Of a stretch of 64,000 nucleotides of DNA, positions 13,305-25,936 are shown in pieces. How positions within the stretch are numbered: position 1 is the stretch's first letter; each line of letters opens with the position of its first letter. This stretch comes from Ginglymostoma cirratum. Its lineage: Eukaryota. Made by a program: the position numbers and the translations under genes. Location of the stretch: positions 49,128,746-49,192,745 of the forward strand of contig JAHRHZ010000249.1 of the NCBI GenBank assembly GCA_024137785.1. The letters run 5' to 3'. Under the pieces are notes generated by a model, which did not search any database, was not told the DNA's origin, and worked only from the letters and a program-made list of their open reading frames with translations.

Positions 13305-13593
13305 AGGCCAAAAACAGAACTTGCTGGAAAAGCTCAGCCATTCCGGCAACATCTGTGAACAGAAACCAGAATTAACTTTTCAGGTCCGGTGGCCCTCCCT
13401 CAGAAGTTCTGAGGAATGAGGATTCTAAGTGAAGATACTATGTTCTGAAGTGAATTTTAATTCTGAGGAAGGGTCACCGGACCCGAAACATTAACTCTGA
13501 TTTCTGTTCACAGATGCTGCCAGACCTGCTGAGCTTGTCCAGCAACTTCAGTTTTTGTTCCTGATTTACACCATCCACAGTTCTTTCAGTTTT
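13305..13593. mobile_element. Fold-back Penelope-derived mini-element with two opposed hammerhead-like motifs
   Basis: Inverted arms aaaacagaacttgctggaaaagctcagc / gctgagcttgtccagcaacttcagttttt; plus core CTGAGGA-a-GGGTC accg GACCC-GAAAC at 13463-13489; degenerate minus core at about 13375-13404. Confidence 0.8.
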
Positions 13594-14524
13594 TAGCTGT
13601 ATTAACATTTGTTTTCTCCACACAGCTGCTGAGCAGCCTATTCTGTGTTTTCAGGATTCTTTGCATTTCTCTCAGTTTTCAGGTTTGTACATTTGAGACT
13701 GATAAAGTTTTAAGATATGTTTTTATTTATTCCAAAATAAGAATAATAATCCTCTTTCCATTAATTGATTGATTTAACATGTGGTGTATTTTGTGCTCTT
13801 GCAGCATATAATACTTCGAAATATGACTTTATTCCCAGAATTAAAGAGGTTTTGTTTCTGATTTACAGCATCTGGAGTTCTTTCAGTTTTTTTTTAAATA
13901 GGGTCTTGGGCAGACAGAAATTTCATCTGTCCCAAACATAGCCCCTACCATGGGAAATGGGGAAGGGTTGCCAGGCCTGAAACGTTAACTCTGATTTTTC
14001 TTCATTAAGACAGCTATATTTGCAGAGTCAGCGTGACACCAAATTCCTGGGCCACTTTATTTCCCCTTTCCAGTCTCATCATTGACCTTTCATTCGTCTT
14101 CAAAGAAACTCAGACAAAGCTTGTTGGATAATTGGAATCATTGGACAACCACATGGAAAATTCTGAGCTGGGGATAGCAACTCTTTTTAGTAGATTCTCT
14201 AGACGGTGAGATGATCTTCAGAGTGGGGTGGAAGTGGGGTGGAATCCAGCAAACCACATACCCCCAGTAAACAAATTTTCAATTTATCAACAGACTTAGA
14301 AAAGTGTGGGTAAACAAATGAGCATGATAGAGTACAACTCTCAGGACTAATCTCTCAGAACTACAGTGGGAGCCAGGAGAGGGCGTGGCTTGCCTGGCGT
14401 TTGAGAAATGTAAGATCTAAAGTTAAATCCTCATTCACTGGCACAGAGCTGCCATTGCTGGTATAGTTAGCCTAGCAGTTGTGAGGTGTGTTTGTTTAGG
14501 TTCTTGAGAGGGTAAGTCTGCCAA

Positions 14525-15385
14525 GGTTACCTCAGATTACAATGGGGTCTTGATCAAATGGGCCAATCGGCCTAGGAGTGGCAGAGGGAGTTTAATTTAA
14601 ATAAATGTGAGGTGCTGCATTTTGGAAAGGCAAATCAGGGCAGGATTTATACACTTAATGCTAAGGCCCTGGGGACTGTTGCTGAACAAAGAGACCTTGG
14701 AGTGCACCTTCATAGTTCCTTGAAAGTGGAGTCACGGGTAGATATGACAATGAAGAAAGCATTTGGTATACTTGTCTTTATTGGTCAATGCATTGAGTAT
14801 AGGAGTTGAGAAGTCATGTTGTGGCTGTACAGGACATTGGTTAAGCCACTTTTGGAATACTGCATGCAATTCTGATCTCCCTGCTACAGGAAGGATGCCG
14901 TAAAACTTGAAGGGGTTCGGAAAAGATTTACAAGGATGTTGCTAGGGTTGATGGATTTGAACTATAGGGAAAGGCTGAATAGGCTGGGTCTACTTTCCCT
15001 GGAGTGTCAGAGGCTGAGCGGTGACCTTATAGAAGTTTATAAAATCATGAGGGGCATAGATAGGGTAAATAGACAAGGTCATTTCCCCAGTGTGGGGGAG
15101 TCCAAAACTAAAGGACATAGATTTTAGGTGAGAGCAGAAGAAATTAAAAGGGACTTAAGGGACAACATTTTCATTCAGAGAGTGGTGCATGTATGGAATG
15201 AGCTGCCAGAGGAAGTGGTGGAGGCTGGTACAATTACAATATTTAATGGAAAGAGTTTAGAGGAATATGGGCCAAATGCTGGCAAATGGGACTTGTTTAA
15301 TTTTGGATATCTGGATGGCATGGACAAGTTGGACCGAAGGGGCTGTTTCTGTGCTGCACATCTCCAAGACTCTATAACTGTATAA
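14525..15385 (+). mobile_element. CR1 LINE 3' portion
   Basis: LHFGKANQGR.YTLN...EQRDLGV; YRERLNRLGLLSLE..RL.GDLIEVYKIMRGIDRV; RVVHVWNELPEEVVEAGT. Confidence 0.92.
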
Positions 15386-16059
15386 CTTGAGCATCGGAGC
15401 TGGTACAAGGAGGCTGAGTGTACAAACAATCAGCAGCTGTGGGAGTAAAGGTGGAAACAGGCAACTCTGACATTTGACAGACTAATGAGGAAGATCTTCA
15501 GTAGAGGCAGCCTCTGGTCAGGAAGAGAACAGAGGAATACAATAATGGGTTTCAAGGAGAAGAAGATGGTCCCAAATATATACCATTTATTGTGAATTTA
15601 GATTGGTAATATTTGGCTTTTCAGTGTGTCTGAAGTTAATAATTAACTTGTAAGTATTTCTGTAGTCATAATGTGTTCTTTTGAGCATTTTGGAGGTCTA
15701 AATTTAAAATAAATGTTATTTGCATGCATTGGTAAGGTTTGTAATTGAATAGGAGACCTAGCTCTGGTTTAAAAGTTCAGGAGAGCTTTTGTTTAGTTTA
15801 AGGGAAACACCCATAACTTAGGGCGAAAGGCTTCCTTTATTTTCTTGCAATTAGTGGATCCACTTACATTCAAAAGCTCATCACCATCAACAGTAGTCTT
15901 CAATGTTGTAATAAGCATCATTGGACTGTTTGTGTAACTTTGCTACATTCCTTACCATAGCCTACATTGTTCAAACACCTATAAGCTTCCAGCTGTGATC
16001 TTTATACCCTCCATATTCAACACCCAAGACTCCTCAGCATCTTCTATGTTTCAATGGAA

Positions 16060-17545
16060 CTACAGAGTCTGACATCAGGTATGGATAGGTTGTTGGAGTG
16101 GATTCTGGGAGAGATAAGATTCACATGCATTTGGAGAGGCAAGGACTGAGTAAGGATAGTCAGCATGGCTTTGTGCATGGGAAATCATGTGTCACAAAGT
16201 TGATTGGGTTTTTTGATTATGTAACCAAAGCATTGACTATCTGGACTTTAACAAGGCCTTTGACAATGTTCCACATAGTAGACTGGTTAGTAAAGTGACA
16301 CCACATGTGATACAGGAAGAGCTTGCCAATTGGATACAAAATTGGCTTGACAATAATAAACAGAGGATGGTGGTGGAGGAGTGTTTTTCAGACTGGAGGC
16401 CTGTAACAAATGATGTTTCACAGGGTCCGCTGTTGTTTGTCATGTATATAAGCGATTTGAATCATAGTATCAGAAGTATGGTTAGTAAGTTTGCAGAGGA
16501 CACCAACATTGGTGGTATAATGGACAGTGAAGAACGTTATCCAAGAGTATAAAGGGATCTTGGTCAATTGGGCCAATGAAGTGAGGTGTGACAGATGGAG
16601 TTTCATTTAGATAAATGTGAGGTATGGCATTTGGGTAGACGAACAACGGTAGGACTTACAGCTAAGAGCGTTGTCGAACAGAGAGACCTAGGAGTTCAGG
16701 TGTATATTTCCTTGAAAGTTGCATCACAGGTAGACAGGGTGGTAAAGAAGTGTGAACAAAAACAGAAGTTGCTGGAAAAGCATGGTGTTCTGAGGAAGGG
16801 TCACCAAACCCGAAACATTAACTCTGATTTTTTTCTTCACAGATGCTGCCAGACCTGCTGAGCTTTTCCAGTGACTTCTGTTTTTGTTCCTGATTTACAG
16901 CATCTTTTGGTTTTTATTTGGTAAAGAAGGGTGGTTTGGCGCACTTGTGTTCATTGCTGAGACCATTGAGTATGGGAGTTGGGATGTCATGGTGCAGTTG
17001 TATAGGATGTTGGTGAGGCCATTTTTGGCGTAATCCCTATTGTTCTAGTTGCCCTGCTATTGGAAGGATATTATTAAATTGGAGAACATTTACAAGATGA
17101 TGCGCGGACTAGCAGGCTTGGGTTATAGGGAGAGGTTGGATAGGCTGGGACATCTTTCGCTAGAGCAGAGGGGTGACCGGATAGAGGAGTATAAAATCAT
17201 CAGGGGCATTGATAAGGTAAATAGCAAAGATCTTTTCCCTGGGGTAGGAGAGTTCAAAACTAGAGGGCATATTTTTAAGGTGAGAGGAACAAAATTTAAA
17301 AAGGACCTGGGGGGCTTTTTTTTTCACACAGGGTACTTCACACTGTCAGAGAACTGTCAGAGGAAGTGGTAGATGCTGATGCAGTTACAACATTTGAAAG
17401 ACATTTGAGTAGGTATGTGACTAGAAAAGGTTTAGAGGGATATGGGCCAAATGCAGACAAATGGGAATAGTTCAAGTTGGGAAACCTGGTCGGTGTGGAC
17501 AAATAGATCAAAGAATCTGTTTCCGTGTTGTATGACTCCATGACC
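16060..17545 (+). mobile_element. CR1 LINE RT and 3' end, interrupted by a hammerhead mini-element
   Basis: SQHGFVHGKSC.T.LI.FFD, WRPVT..V.QG, SKFAEDT.IGG, ERLDRLG..SLE motifs. Confidence 0.92.
16751..16918 (+). mobile_element. Penelope-derived hammerhead mini-element inserted in CR1, 11-bp TSD
   Basis: TGGTAAAGAAG at 16740-16750 and 16919-16929; CTGAGGA..GAAAC at 16790-16816; short inverted arm at the left end. Confidence 0.8.
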
Positions 17546-17549
17546 CTAA

Positions 17550-18070
17550 TCAAGTCATCTCTTGCTCCTAAACCCCAGCAGATGTAAGTCTAGCCTATCT
17601 GACCTTTCCTCATAAGACAACCTACCCATTACAGGTATTAGTCTTGTAAACCTTCACTCAACTGCCTCCAATGTACTTAAATCCTTCCTTAAATATGGTA
17701 ACCAATGATGTACAAATTTCTCTTGGGATGGCCTCATTAGTGGCCTGTATAACTGAGGCATCACCTCTCTATTTTTGTGTTAAATTTCTCTCACAATAAA
17801 TGGTAGCATTCTATCAGCTTTACTAATTATTGCTGTGCCTATAAAGTAAACTCTTGAGATTCATACACTAGGACATCTGGATCATATTACATCTCAGACC
17901 TCTGCCATCTCTTGATATTTAGATAATATGCTTCTTTTTATTCTTTATGCCAAAATGAACAATTCCACATTTTCCCACATTATGGTCTATTTGCCAGATA
18001 TTTGTCAACTCACTTACCCAAACTATATGTCTTTGTAACTTCCTAATGTCATCTTCTTAATTTATTTTAC
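17550..18070 (-). mobile_element. Older CR1 LINE fragment
   Basis: Reverse complement shows W...YNVGKC.IVHFG.KNKK, RDLD..V.ESQ, YRPL.RP..EICTS, YEERSDRL motifs. Confidence 0.7.
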
Positions 18071-20129
18071 TACCTAGATTCATTGATTTTATAATTGCCA
18101 CCAACTTGGTTTTGTTTCCACTACCAACTTAGACAGCAAATTCCAGGTCATTACCGCTCAATGCATATTAATAAGGATAACTTTGATTTGAGTGTAAATA
18201 TAAGTTGAGAATCACTTGATTTAATGCTATGATTAGTATCACATTAGGTTATTGTGAATCAGATTTTATCAGGAGAAATGGATGATGCACCCAATAATTT
18301 TCTAGTGCAAAATTCTCTGAGGAAGAACAGGGTGTTCACTCACGTTAACCTTGCTGCAAACAATCCTACATACAAACATTGTCAACTTCATGAAATGCTT
18401 TCTTCAATATTTCATTTATTACATGTGGCTATTTCAATATAAATGAGTTGAGATTTAATTTACGCTGTTCACTTTGTTTTGATGTTGAATTGATTGCATG
18501 ACATATGCCATTATGAAGCATCTTTGTTCCAAAATGTTAATGTTATGCAAATTTACTGGTGCAGCATGATCTAATTCAAAAAAAAAACTGTACTCTTGGT
18601 TGATTTATGCCTGCCAATTCTGAATGAGGCAGGAGACTTACAGAAAAGGGATTAACTGCATGCTGACTGCTTGAAAAACATTCACTTTGGATCTCAGACA
18701 CCATTTTCTAATTTTTTTTAGAAGCAGCAAACCTTGATAATCTCTGGTTGAAGCCACAGGCAGTGACGCCAGCCTCACAGAGTTGCATACTGAAGCACAA
18801 GAACAACAACAACCACCACCAGCTAATTTTTCACCTATTACTGACATTCCATTCTCCTGCCCGATCTGGTGTAAGGCCAAAGCAAAGAATATTTCAGCTT
18901 CTCACTGACAAAAGGTTATGAGACAGATCCTATCAGGCCAGCACCTGTAGGCAATAGACACACCATAAGGAGAGTCATACAGTGTCCGTTTGGCATCTTA
19001 AAGAGGAGATTTTCATGTTTTCATACCACAGGGTGCAGATTGCAAAATCATTCCATATTTTGTTTCTCCTATTTACCAACTTATTCCACTTTTCAAATGC
19101 TTTTGATGCTTTTCATAGCCATTCCAAAATGTGAAAGATTGAGTCAAACAGCAATTACATATGAAGCTATATTGAGATTATTTATGGCTAGTATGAAAGT
19201 CTTTTCAGTCTTTCTGGCTCTGGTACTCCTACTTTGGCAAAAACTATTATTTCCAATTGTATTGTATTTGTTAGAATGTATGCCTGGCTACCCAGACTCT
19301 TAGTGTTGAAATGTACTTCTTCCTTTTGGGAAGGTCACTGGCATGACTATAGTTGATTGTGTTAATTTTATAGCGCAGTTCTCCAACGCCTAGTGCATCC
19401 TCTTTTGCGCATGGCAGACGTTGATCTATTTTTTGGTTGCTGCCACATTTAGATAGTCTGTTAAGCACAGTTGGATAAAGCAAAAGCAGATTTTCTAGAT
19501 GCATGGAAAGTTGCCTGTTTATCTTTGCATACCAGGCCCTGTGCAATCACAATGGAATTAATCTGAATTATACCAATAAAAACATCTCTTTGCACTGTAC
19601 ACAGTAAAGCAAGATCGATAAGCCAGAAATGCTTGCGTGCATGTGTCTTCTTATAAACATTTCAATTTATAAACTGAATATCAATCAATGTAGATCATCC
19701 AGGTCAAAACTCAAAACAATTTAGATTGAAAAACCAGTCAACTTCGAAATAACTTGCACTGATCAACGTTGAAGTTTCATTTAATGGGTAGAAAATCAGA
19801 CTGAACCAGCACTAGCCATTTTGTATTGTTGTATTGTTTCTTCTTTCTGGGTAATGCCCTGTAGTATTGTGTGGCTTTGCTTTGCAAAATTATCAAATTT
19901 TCAATAAGAACTACACGACCCTGCTTGCGAGAAAGTAGCTATTCTGTAGGGCAAGGATAATTCAGGAGATAATGAGCTTATGTAAAAAAGACAGTATACT
20001 AAGGGTGACTTTAATCTTCATGTAGATTGGAAAAATCAAATTAAGAAAATGGTGATGGAGAAAAATTCATAGAATATACTTGGGGCCATTTCCTGCAACT
20101 AAATGTTCTAGATCCAACCAGAAGCTCAA

Positions 20130-20740
20130 CAGGACTCACCACATAAACCAATGGCTACAAGAGCAGGTCAGAAGCTAGGAATACTGCAGCAAGGAGCTCA
20201 CTTCCTGACTCTCAAAGCCTTCCCATTATTTACAAGGCATAAGTCAGGAGTGTGATGGAATATTCCCAACTTGCCTGGCTGACTGCAGCTCCAAAAACAC
20301 TCAAGAAGCTCGATACTATCCAGGACAAAGCAGCCTCCTTGATTGCCACCACATCCACAAGCATTCACTCCCTCCACCACCGATGCTCAGTAGCAGTAGT
20401 GTGTACAATCTACAAAATACACTGCATAAAATCACCAAAGAACCTTGGACAGCACTTCCAATCCCATGACCATTTCCATCTAGACCGTCAAAGGCAGCAG
20501 GTACCACCTGCACGTTCCCCTCCAAGCCATTCACCATCATGATGTGGAAACATATTGCCATTCTTTCACTGTCACTAGGTCAGAATCCTGGAATTCTCTC
20601 CCTAACTGCATTGTGGGTTACCCCATAGCAGGTAGACCACAGCAATTCAAGAAGGCAGCTCACTACCACCTTCTCAAGGGCAGCTAGGGACGGACAATAA
20701 ATACTGGTCGGCCTGCGATGCTCACATCCCACACATGAAT
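20130..20740 (+). mobile_element. CR1/L2-group LINE (family 2) 3' end
   Basis: YKA.VRSVMEYSQLAWLTAAPKTLKKLDTIQDKAASLI...IHSLHHRCSVAVVCTIYKIH; tail ctcaagggcagctaggga...cacatcccacacatgaat. Confidence 0.85.
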
Positions 20741-21036
20741 GGTTTTTTTGAAAAAGGCCAAATTATTATTGATTTGGTAAATGATCTGCAGTGTACTGGA
20801 AAAGGTATTCAGCAGGAATTATGAGGAATATTGGCAAATTATTAAGAAAATTATGAATGACTGTTATCCATGCTTTGGACACTTTGACCAGTTTATGTGT
20901 TTAAACTACTTTACTCTTATGGATGAGGTGGACAAAGGGGCTCAGAATTCCATTTAGAGTTCAATTGATTTTGTTAGCAAAATATTCCTTATTAAAAATA
21001 TCATGTGAGGATTTCCAAAATTCCCACAATACTTAC

Positions 21037-21390
21037 TGTCTCTCCAGCTCTATCCAATAGAGAAAGGATAATATCCACAACGATCTACATGTTTGAGCTA
21101 AGCCGCTGCAACCTCCTTCCTGTGTGACGTCGGGCTCACTCACTTCCACTAGGGTGGGCTTCACAAGTCAGAGCAGATCTTCTCCTGGGTCTTCCTGGCT
21201 TACTGCACAGTCTTCCACTATGAGTCTTGCTGCAAGTCTTCACTGATGAGGTGGCTTCTAAATGTGTGTTTTTATCCCCCTCTACCTGGCCCTTGTTGGA
21301 AGGTCCCATGGCCATTGGCCAATGGGATAATGCACAGAGTTCAACGTCCAAAGGGGTTGCACCAACATCCTTCACTGGGGCCACGCCAGT
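21037..21390 (-). promoter_or_regulatory. Candidate promoter and short first exon
   Basis: CRE-like TGACGTC 21125-21131 next to ETS core CTTCCTG 21116-21122; palindromic CCATTGGCCAATGG 21312-21325; GCCACGCC 21380-21387; minus-strand donor ACA|GTAAGTA at 21036. Confidence 0.35.
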
Positions 21391-22279
21391 GAGGGGCAAA
21401 GTGCATGTCCTCAGGCACATTGCCAGAAAGGCTGATCACTACATTTCCAAGAACAGAAACCCTCAGGCATGGTGTAATTGGTTCCTACTGAACTTTAATG
21501 ACCTCTTTGACCTAAATTTCTATTGTTCTCCATAACAGATAGCTGCTATATGCTTTAACACCACTGGAACCAATTGGTGGTGTATGTTACCTTAAATGGT
21601 CTTGAATATGTGTTTAAAAACACCTCATTTTGTGGTCTTGAGGTAGTCCTTGGACAAACATCTAGGGCTACACTTCTGGCTGGTTTTAGCCCATTTATAA
21701 TTTTGTACAGAACTTGGCTTCCCCCATGACTTTCCTGCAGCATCATTGCCTAATTTCTCTGGGGCAGTAGCCAAATGTCACTTTTCTGTATATCTATTTG
21801 TGGAAAAAATCCTACCAGTCACCTGTCAGGTAGCAATAATCTGAGCTCCTATTTGTCTTCCTGCACACAATCTAATGATTGTTACACCCAAACATCACAG
21901 ATTTGTTAGGATGGACCCACAAAACATCATCCTCACATTCAGCTGCTTCCAGTGGATCAAATCATAAAGACCCAGGGTAATTAACACTTCCAACAATCAC
22001 ATCCTCGTAATCTAGCCAACAATGTAGACCAACAGGCTGTATGTTGTCATCCTGGAGAGGGGATCAAGATGGTATCTGTTATTATCCCTGTATAATATCT
22101 GACCAAGTTTAGATTCCTCCTATCCTTCTCTACCTTCAGAGATTTTTTTCTAACTCTGCCTGGTTTTGGTCTGCACTCAGCCAAATTCCTCCCACAATTT
22201 CCTTTCATCAATTTCTCCCATTTCCCCTTTTGTCAGTCAGTTGTGTGTGCATCGGGCCTCACTACAGCCTGACATTAAT

Positions 22280-22440
22280 CCACTAATGTCCTTTAGGGAA
22301 GGAAATCTGCCATCCATACTGGGTCTGGACTACCTGTGACTCCAAACCCACAGCAATATGTTTGACTCTTAACTGCTGTCTGAGCAATTCAAGATTGGCA
22401 ATAAATGTTGGCCTAGCTAATGACACTCTCATCCAATAAA
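22280..22440 (+). mobile_element. 3' half of tRNA-SINE (family-2 tail)
   Basis: cactaatgtcctttagggaaggaaatctgcc...ggcaataaatgttggcctagc. Confidence 0.75.
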
Positions 22441-22999
22441 TTATAAAACAAAATGAGAAAGAAGGTCTCCAAGAAGGGGATAAGCCAATGCTAACCAAGT
22501 TAAGGATAGTATCAATTGAAAGATAGATTATTAAGGATAGTATCCATTTGAAAGAAATAAATATATTTGAAGATTAAAGGTAAACCAGAGGATTCAGAAA
22601 ATTTCAAAAGCAATCAAAAGATGACTAAAAGAAATAGGCCATGAATCAACAACTGCCAAACATTAAGTCAGCAGCCATACCGCTTGTGAAAAATGTAAAA
22701 GATGGCACAAGGTGACCACGATGTCGAGATGCCCCTCACTGAACTTTTCATCCAATTCTTTCACACCTCGCCATAAGCCACATCACCCAGGCCCTTTTTA
22801 GATTAGAGTCCTGTGGCTTGTATTTTGAATGCCAAAATCCTTTCTTTCTCATTGGATAGTGCTGTGTATAAGACAAACATCTCTGGATCAGCATTTTGAT
22901 GCACCATATCTTGATTCGTTGAAACATGATTTCTGTGATGTGAGTACTTGTTATATGGTTTCATTTTTCTAGGGTTGATTTGGGAACCACATTGGTTTA

Positions 23000-23490
23000 T
23001 GCCATCATTACAGTTGGCTGCCATTTGATTTAGGGATGATGTCTATGTATGTTCGTGGACTTCTGTCAGGGGTAATGATGAGACTGAACAGCTAATTCTT
23101 GACCTACAGATCTCTGGCACTTACAGCATAGTGATTCACCTGCAGTGGGGTCCACAGTGCATGATCTCTCACTTTGCTTTCCCTGTCTGCCACCACTCTG
23201 ACAAATCATTAAGTCATTTGGACTCAAAACTGATGCAGCTTGGCAGACAAGTTGTCACTATTTTGAACAATTGATAGCAAGTTCTTCCCAGTCATTAATA
23301 TCAATGCTTCGTGCTTCAAAGATTGTCTTGTGGCATTTTCTGTGCCTCCCCCTGGAGCTCAATCTATATGTGACTTGATAAAACAAGGTCTGGCAAGGGT
23401 GACACTTTCTTGACCATCCACACAAAAAATCCATTCCGTTGCATTGACTTACAGGAGTTTTGCCCAAACGTTTCAAGAAAGACATTAGCT
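23000..23490 (-). mobile_element. RTE-clade LINE 3' end relic
   Basis: ORF 23258-23485 ..PCQTLFYQV..RLSSRGRHRK...IDINDWEELAIN resembles the RTE C-terminus (RLPKQLLY.EL..G.R..G..WE.LA.DR). Confidence 0.6.
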
Positions 23491-23499
23491 TTTAATCAT

Positions 23500-23858
23500 A
23501 GGATTATAGAACCCTTATGGTGTGGAAGGAGGCCATCTGGCTAATTGAGTCCATACCGATCCTGTGAAGTGCTTCCCACCCAGACCCACCCCCTTACTGT
23601 ATTCCATAACCCCATATTTACAATGGTTAATCCGAACAGCCTACACACCCCTGGACACTATGGACAATTTTAGTATGACCAATTCACTGAACCTGCACAT
23701 CTTTAGACCGTGGGAGGAAACCAGAGCACCCAGGAGAAATCCACACAGGCACAGGGAGAACGTGCAAACTCCACACTGACAGTCACCTGAGGCTGGAATC
23801 AAACCCTTGTCCCGGTCACTGCAAGGCAGCAGTGCCAACCGCTGAACAAACGTGCCAC
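23500..23858 (-). mobile_element. HE1-type V-SINE
   Basis: gtgggaggaaaccagagcacccaggagaaatccacacaggcacagggagaacgtgcaaactccacac is the reverse-complement V domain. Confidence 0.88.
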
Positions 23859-24019
23859 TCCAATTCAATTGCCTTCCCTTTGAATCCGGATAATGCAACA
23901 GAGACATTACTGATCGAATATCTCTAGCACTCTTACATGTTGTACATATACAATTGAGGTAATTTCATTGGGTTGGAGGATTATTGTATTCAGGACTAAT
24001 TTGACAAAGACAATGCCGA

Positions 24020-24800
24020 AATCTGAGACCTTAATGTGTCACAAAAATGTGCAATCTTCGCTGTTTGCCAGAAAAGCCCACCGTCACAAGTTGAAGAATA
24101 CAGACAGCATTGCATCCGGCTGAAGGCTGATGCCCACAGGCAAACTCATACTATAAAGGGCAAGTGGTGGGCAGAGTGCCATCAAATCCAACAATTCGAG
24201 TAGCGTGCTGACCATCACAACACACAAAGTTTTACGAAGTTACCAGGCCATTTAGAGAACCAGGATAAATGGACAAAATCGTCTTCTCTCCCAGGGAGTT
24301 GTCGATGATAATGCTATCCCTCAACACTGAGGAAAAAACCACTCCCAATGACTCCTCAACCGTGAACACACACTGTCTACAGATACTCGCCAGACAATCC
24401 CACAGGATAACGTGATAGAGTCCTTTGGTGAATCAGCATATGTTGGGAGAGTTGCAACAAGCAATCAGATTTTTTTATAAAAACAAAGCCTGTGGCCCTA
24501 ATGAGGTCTTCAAAGCTGGTGGAACTTTCCTCATGCCAAGATGTCATGCACTTTCTGAGGAAGAAGAATTTCCTTTAGGTTCGGGAACACGACAATTCCA
24601 AGTATCTTCAAGAGGGAGATAAATCATGCTGTGAAAAACTGTTGAGGTCTCTCCCTCTTGTCCATACCAAGAAAAAATCCTGACATGCATTCTCCTGTTG
24701 CTACTTTCTAAACCTGAAGAAATCCTGCTGGAGACAGTGCGGCATCAGATTCTCCAGAGGACCATCTGACATGGACTTCGTTGCCACATATGGTCTGCTG
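24020..24800 (+). mobile_element. RTE-clade LINE RT relic
   Basis: ELQQAI...KNKACGP..EVFKAGG..L...CHAL; IFKRGDKSCCENC*GLSLLSIPRKIL motifs with frameshifts. Confidence 0.7.
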
Positions 24801-25423
24801 TATCTGGAGTGCCACGTCAATTATTGTTACGCTTCAGCCAGTATACCAAAACAACAGTGTTTCATTTCCCCTGCCCCGCCTGCCTACCCCCCTCCCCCCA
24901 ACATGGGGAGAGCCAGAAAGATTACCTTGACTTGAGCTCCAGCATTTGTACTCTAAAAGTGTGGTTAGTTCACACTCTTTGGATGCACAGACATAACATT
25001 GAGGCATCTCTTGCAAGACCAACTTAATTTACTATCCTTGCCTGCCTGGGGGTATTTCATATAACTGTGAGGTTTGCTAAAATACTTCAAAGGGGAGCAC
25101 GTCAATGACAACAGGTAGGGACCAGAATCACTGAGGTCAGATCAAGTAGAGACATCAGTTTACCTTCCCTTGAGTGAGACAGTATATATGTTCTAATCAT
25201 GACATTGGCTTTCCAAATTCCATTTTCTTTTCAAAAGCAGAATTCAAATTCATCAGTTGCCTCTTGGTGGTATTTGAATTTTCAAGCTCTGGATGATCTG
25301 AAACAGCATAGATTGCATCCATTGGGATTACCACAGTGTTATTTTACCTTCCCTACTGAAAGAATCAAATATATATACAAAATGACTTGCAGACAGAGTA
25401 AACAAGTGAAGATGAAAACTCAC

Positions 25424-25504
25424 CTGCTGTTTCTGCAATACTAACAGCAGAATTCCTCAACTGAAACCTACCAATGAAACCTTTGTTCAGATAAATTGCT
25501 GCAG
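25424..25504 (-). other. Candidate 81-nt exon (phase 1-1)
   Basis: tatttctgatag| ... CAG|GTGAGT; single open frame AAAIYLNKGFIGRFQLRNSAVSIAETA; no homolog recognised. Confidence 0.3.
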
Positions 25505-25922
25505 CTATCAGAAATATACAGCTAGAATGTCCCCAAAGTACAAGAAAATAAACGCATTTGAAATATTGTGTATTTGTGCAACTGCATTTACTGATCATTG
25601 TATGTTGTGTGATTATCCTAATTTACAGAATTCCTTTTTATTAAACAAATTGGAATAAATGTAAAATTTTAAAACTAACACATGCAATATCAATGCTGGC
25701 ATTGTTTGAAAATTACTTTTATTTGTTGGAAACAATTGCCTTCTGGTTATTCAAAGACAATTGAATAGTCTTACCACTGAAAACTGCTGCAACTTTTGAG
25801 GGTTTTTTTTAAAACCTGTTATGGTGAGTGCATATTTGAAATGAAGACAGGAGTGCAAGTTATGCACTAATCAAAAAAAGGCTATCTCAAAGATTTGTAC
25901 AGACTGTACTTCACAGTGCATG

Positions 25923-25936
25923 GTTGTTATGGAAAC
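25923..25936. promoter_or_regulatory. RFX X-box-like motif
   Basis: GTTGTTATGGAAAC matches the X-box consensus GTHNYYATRRNAAC, in non-repeat sequence. Confidence 0.35.
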
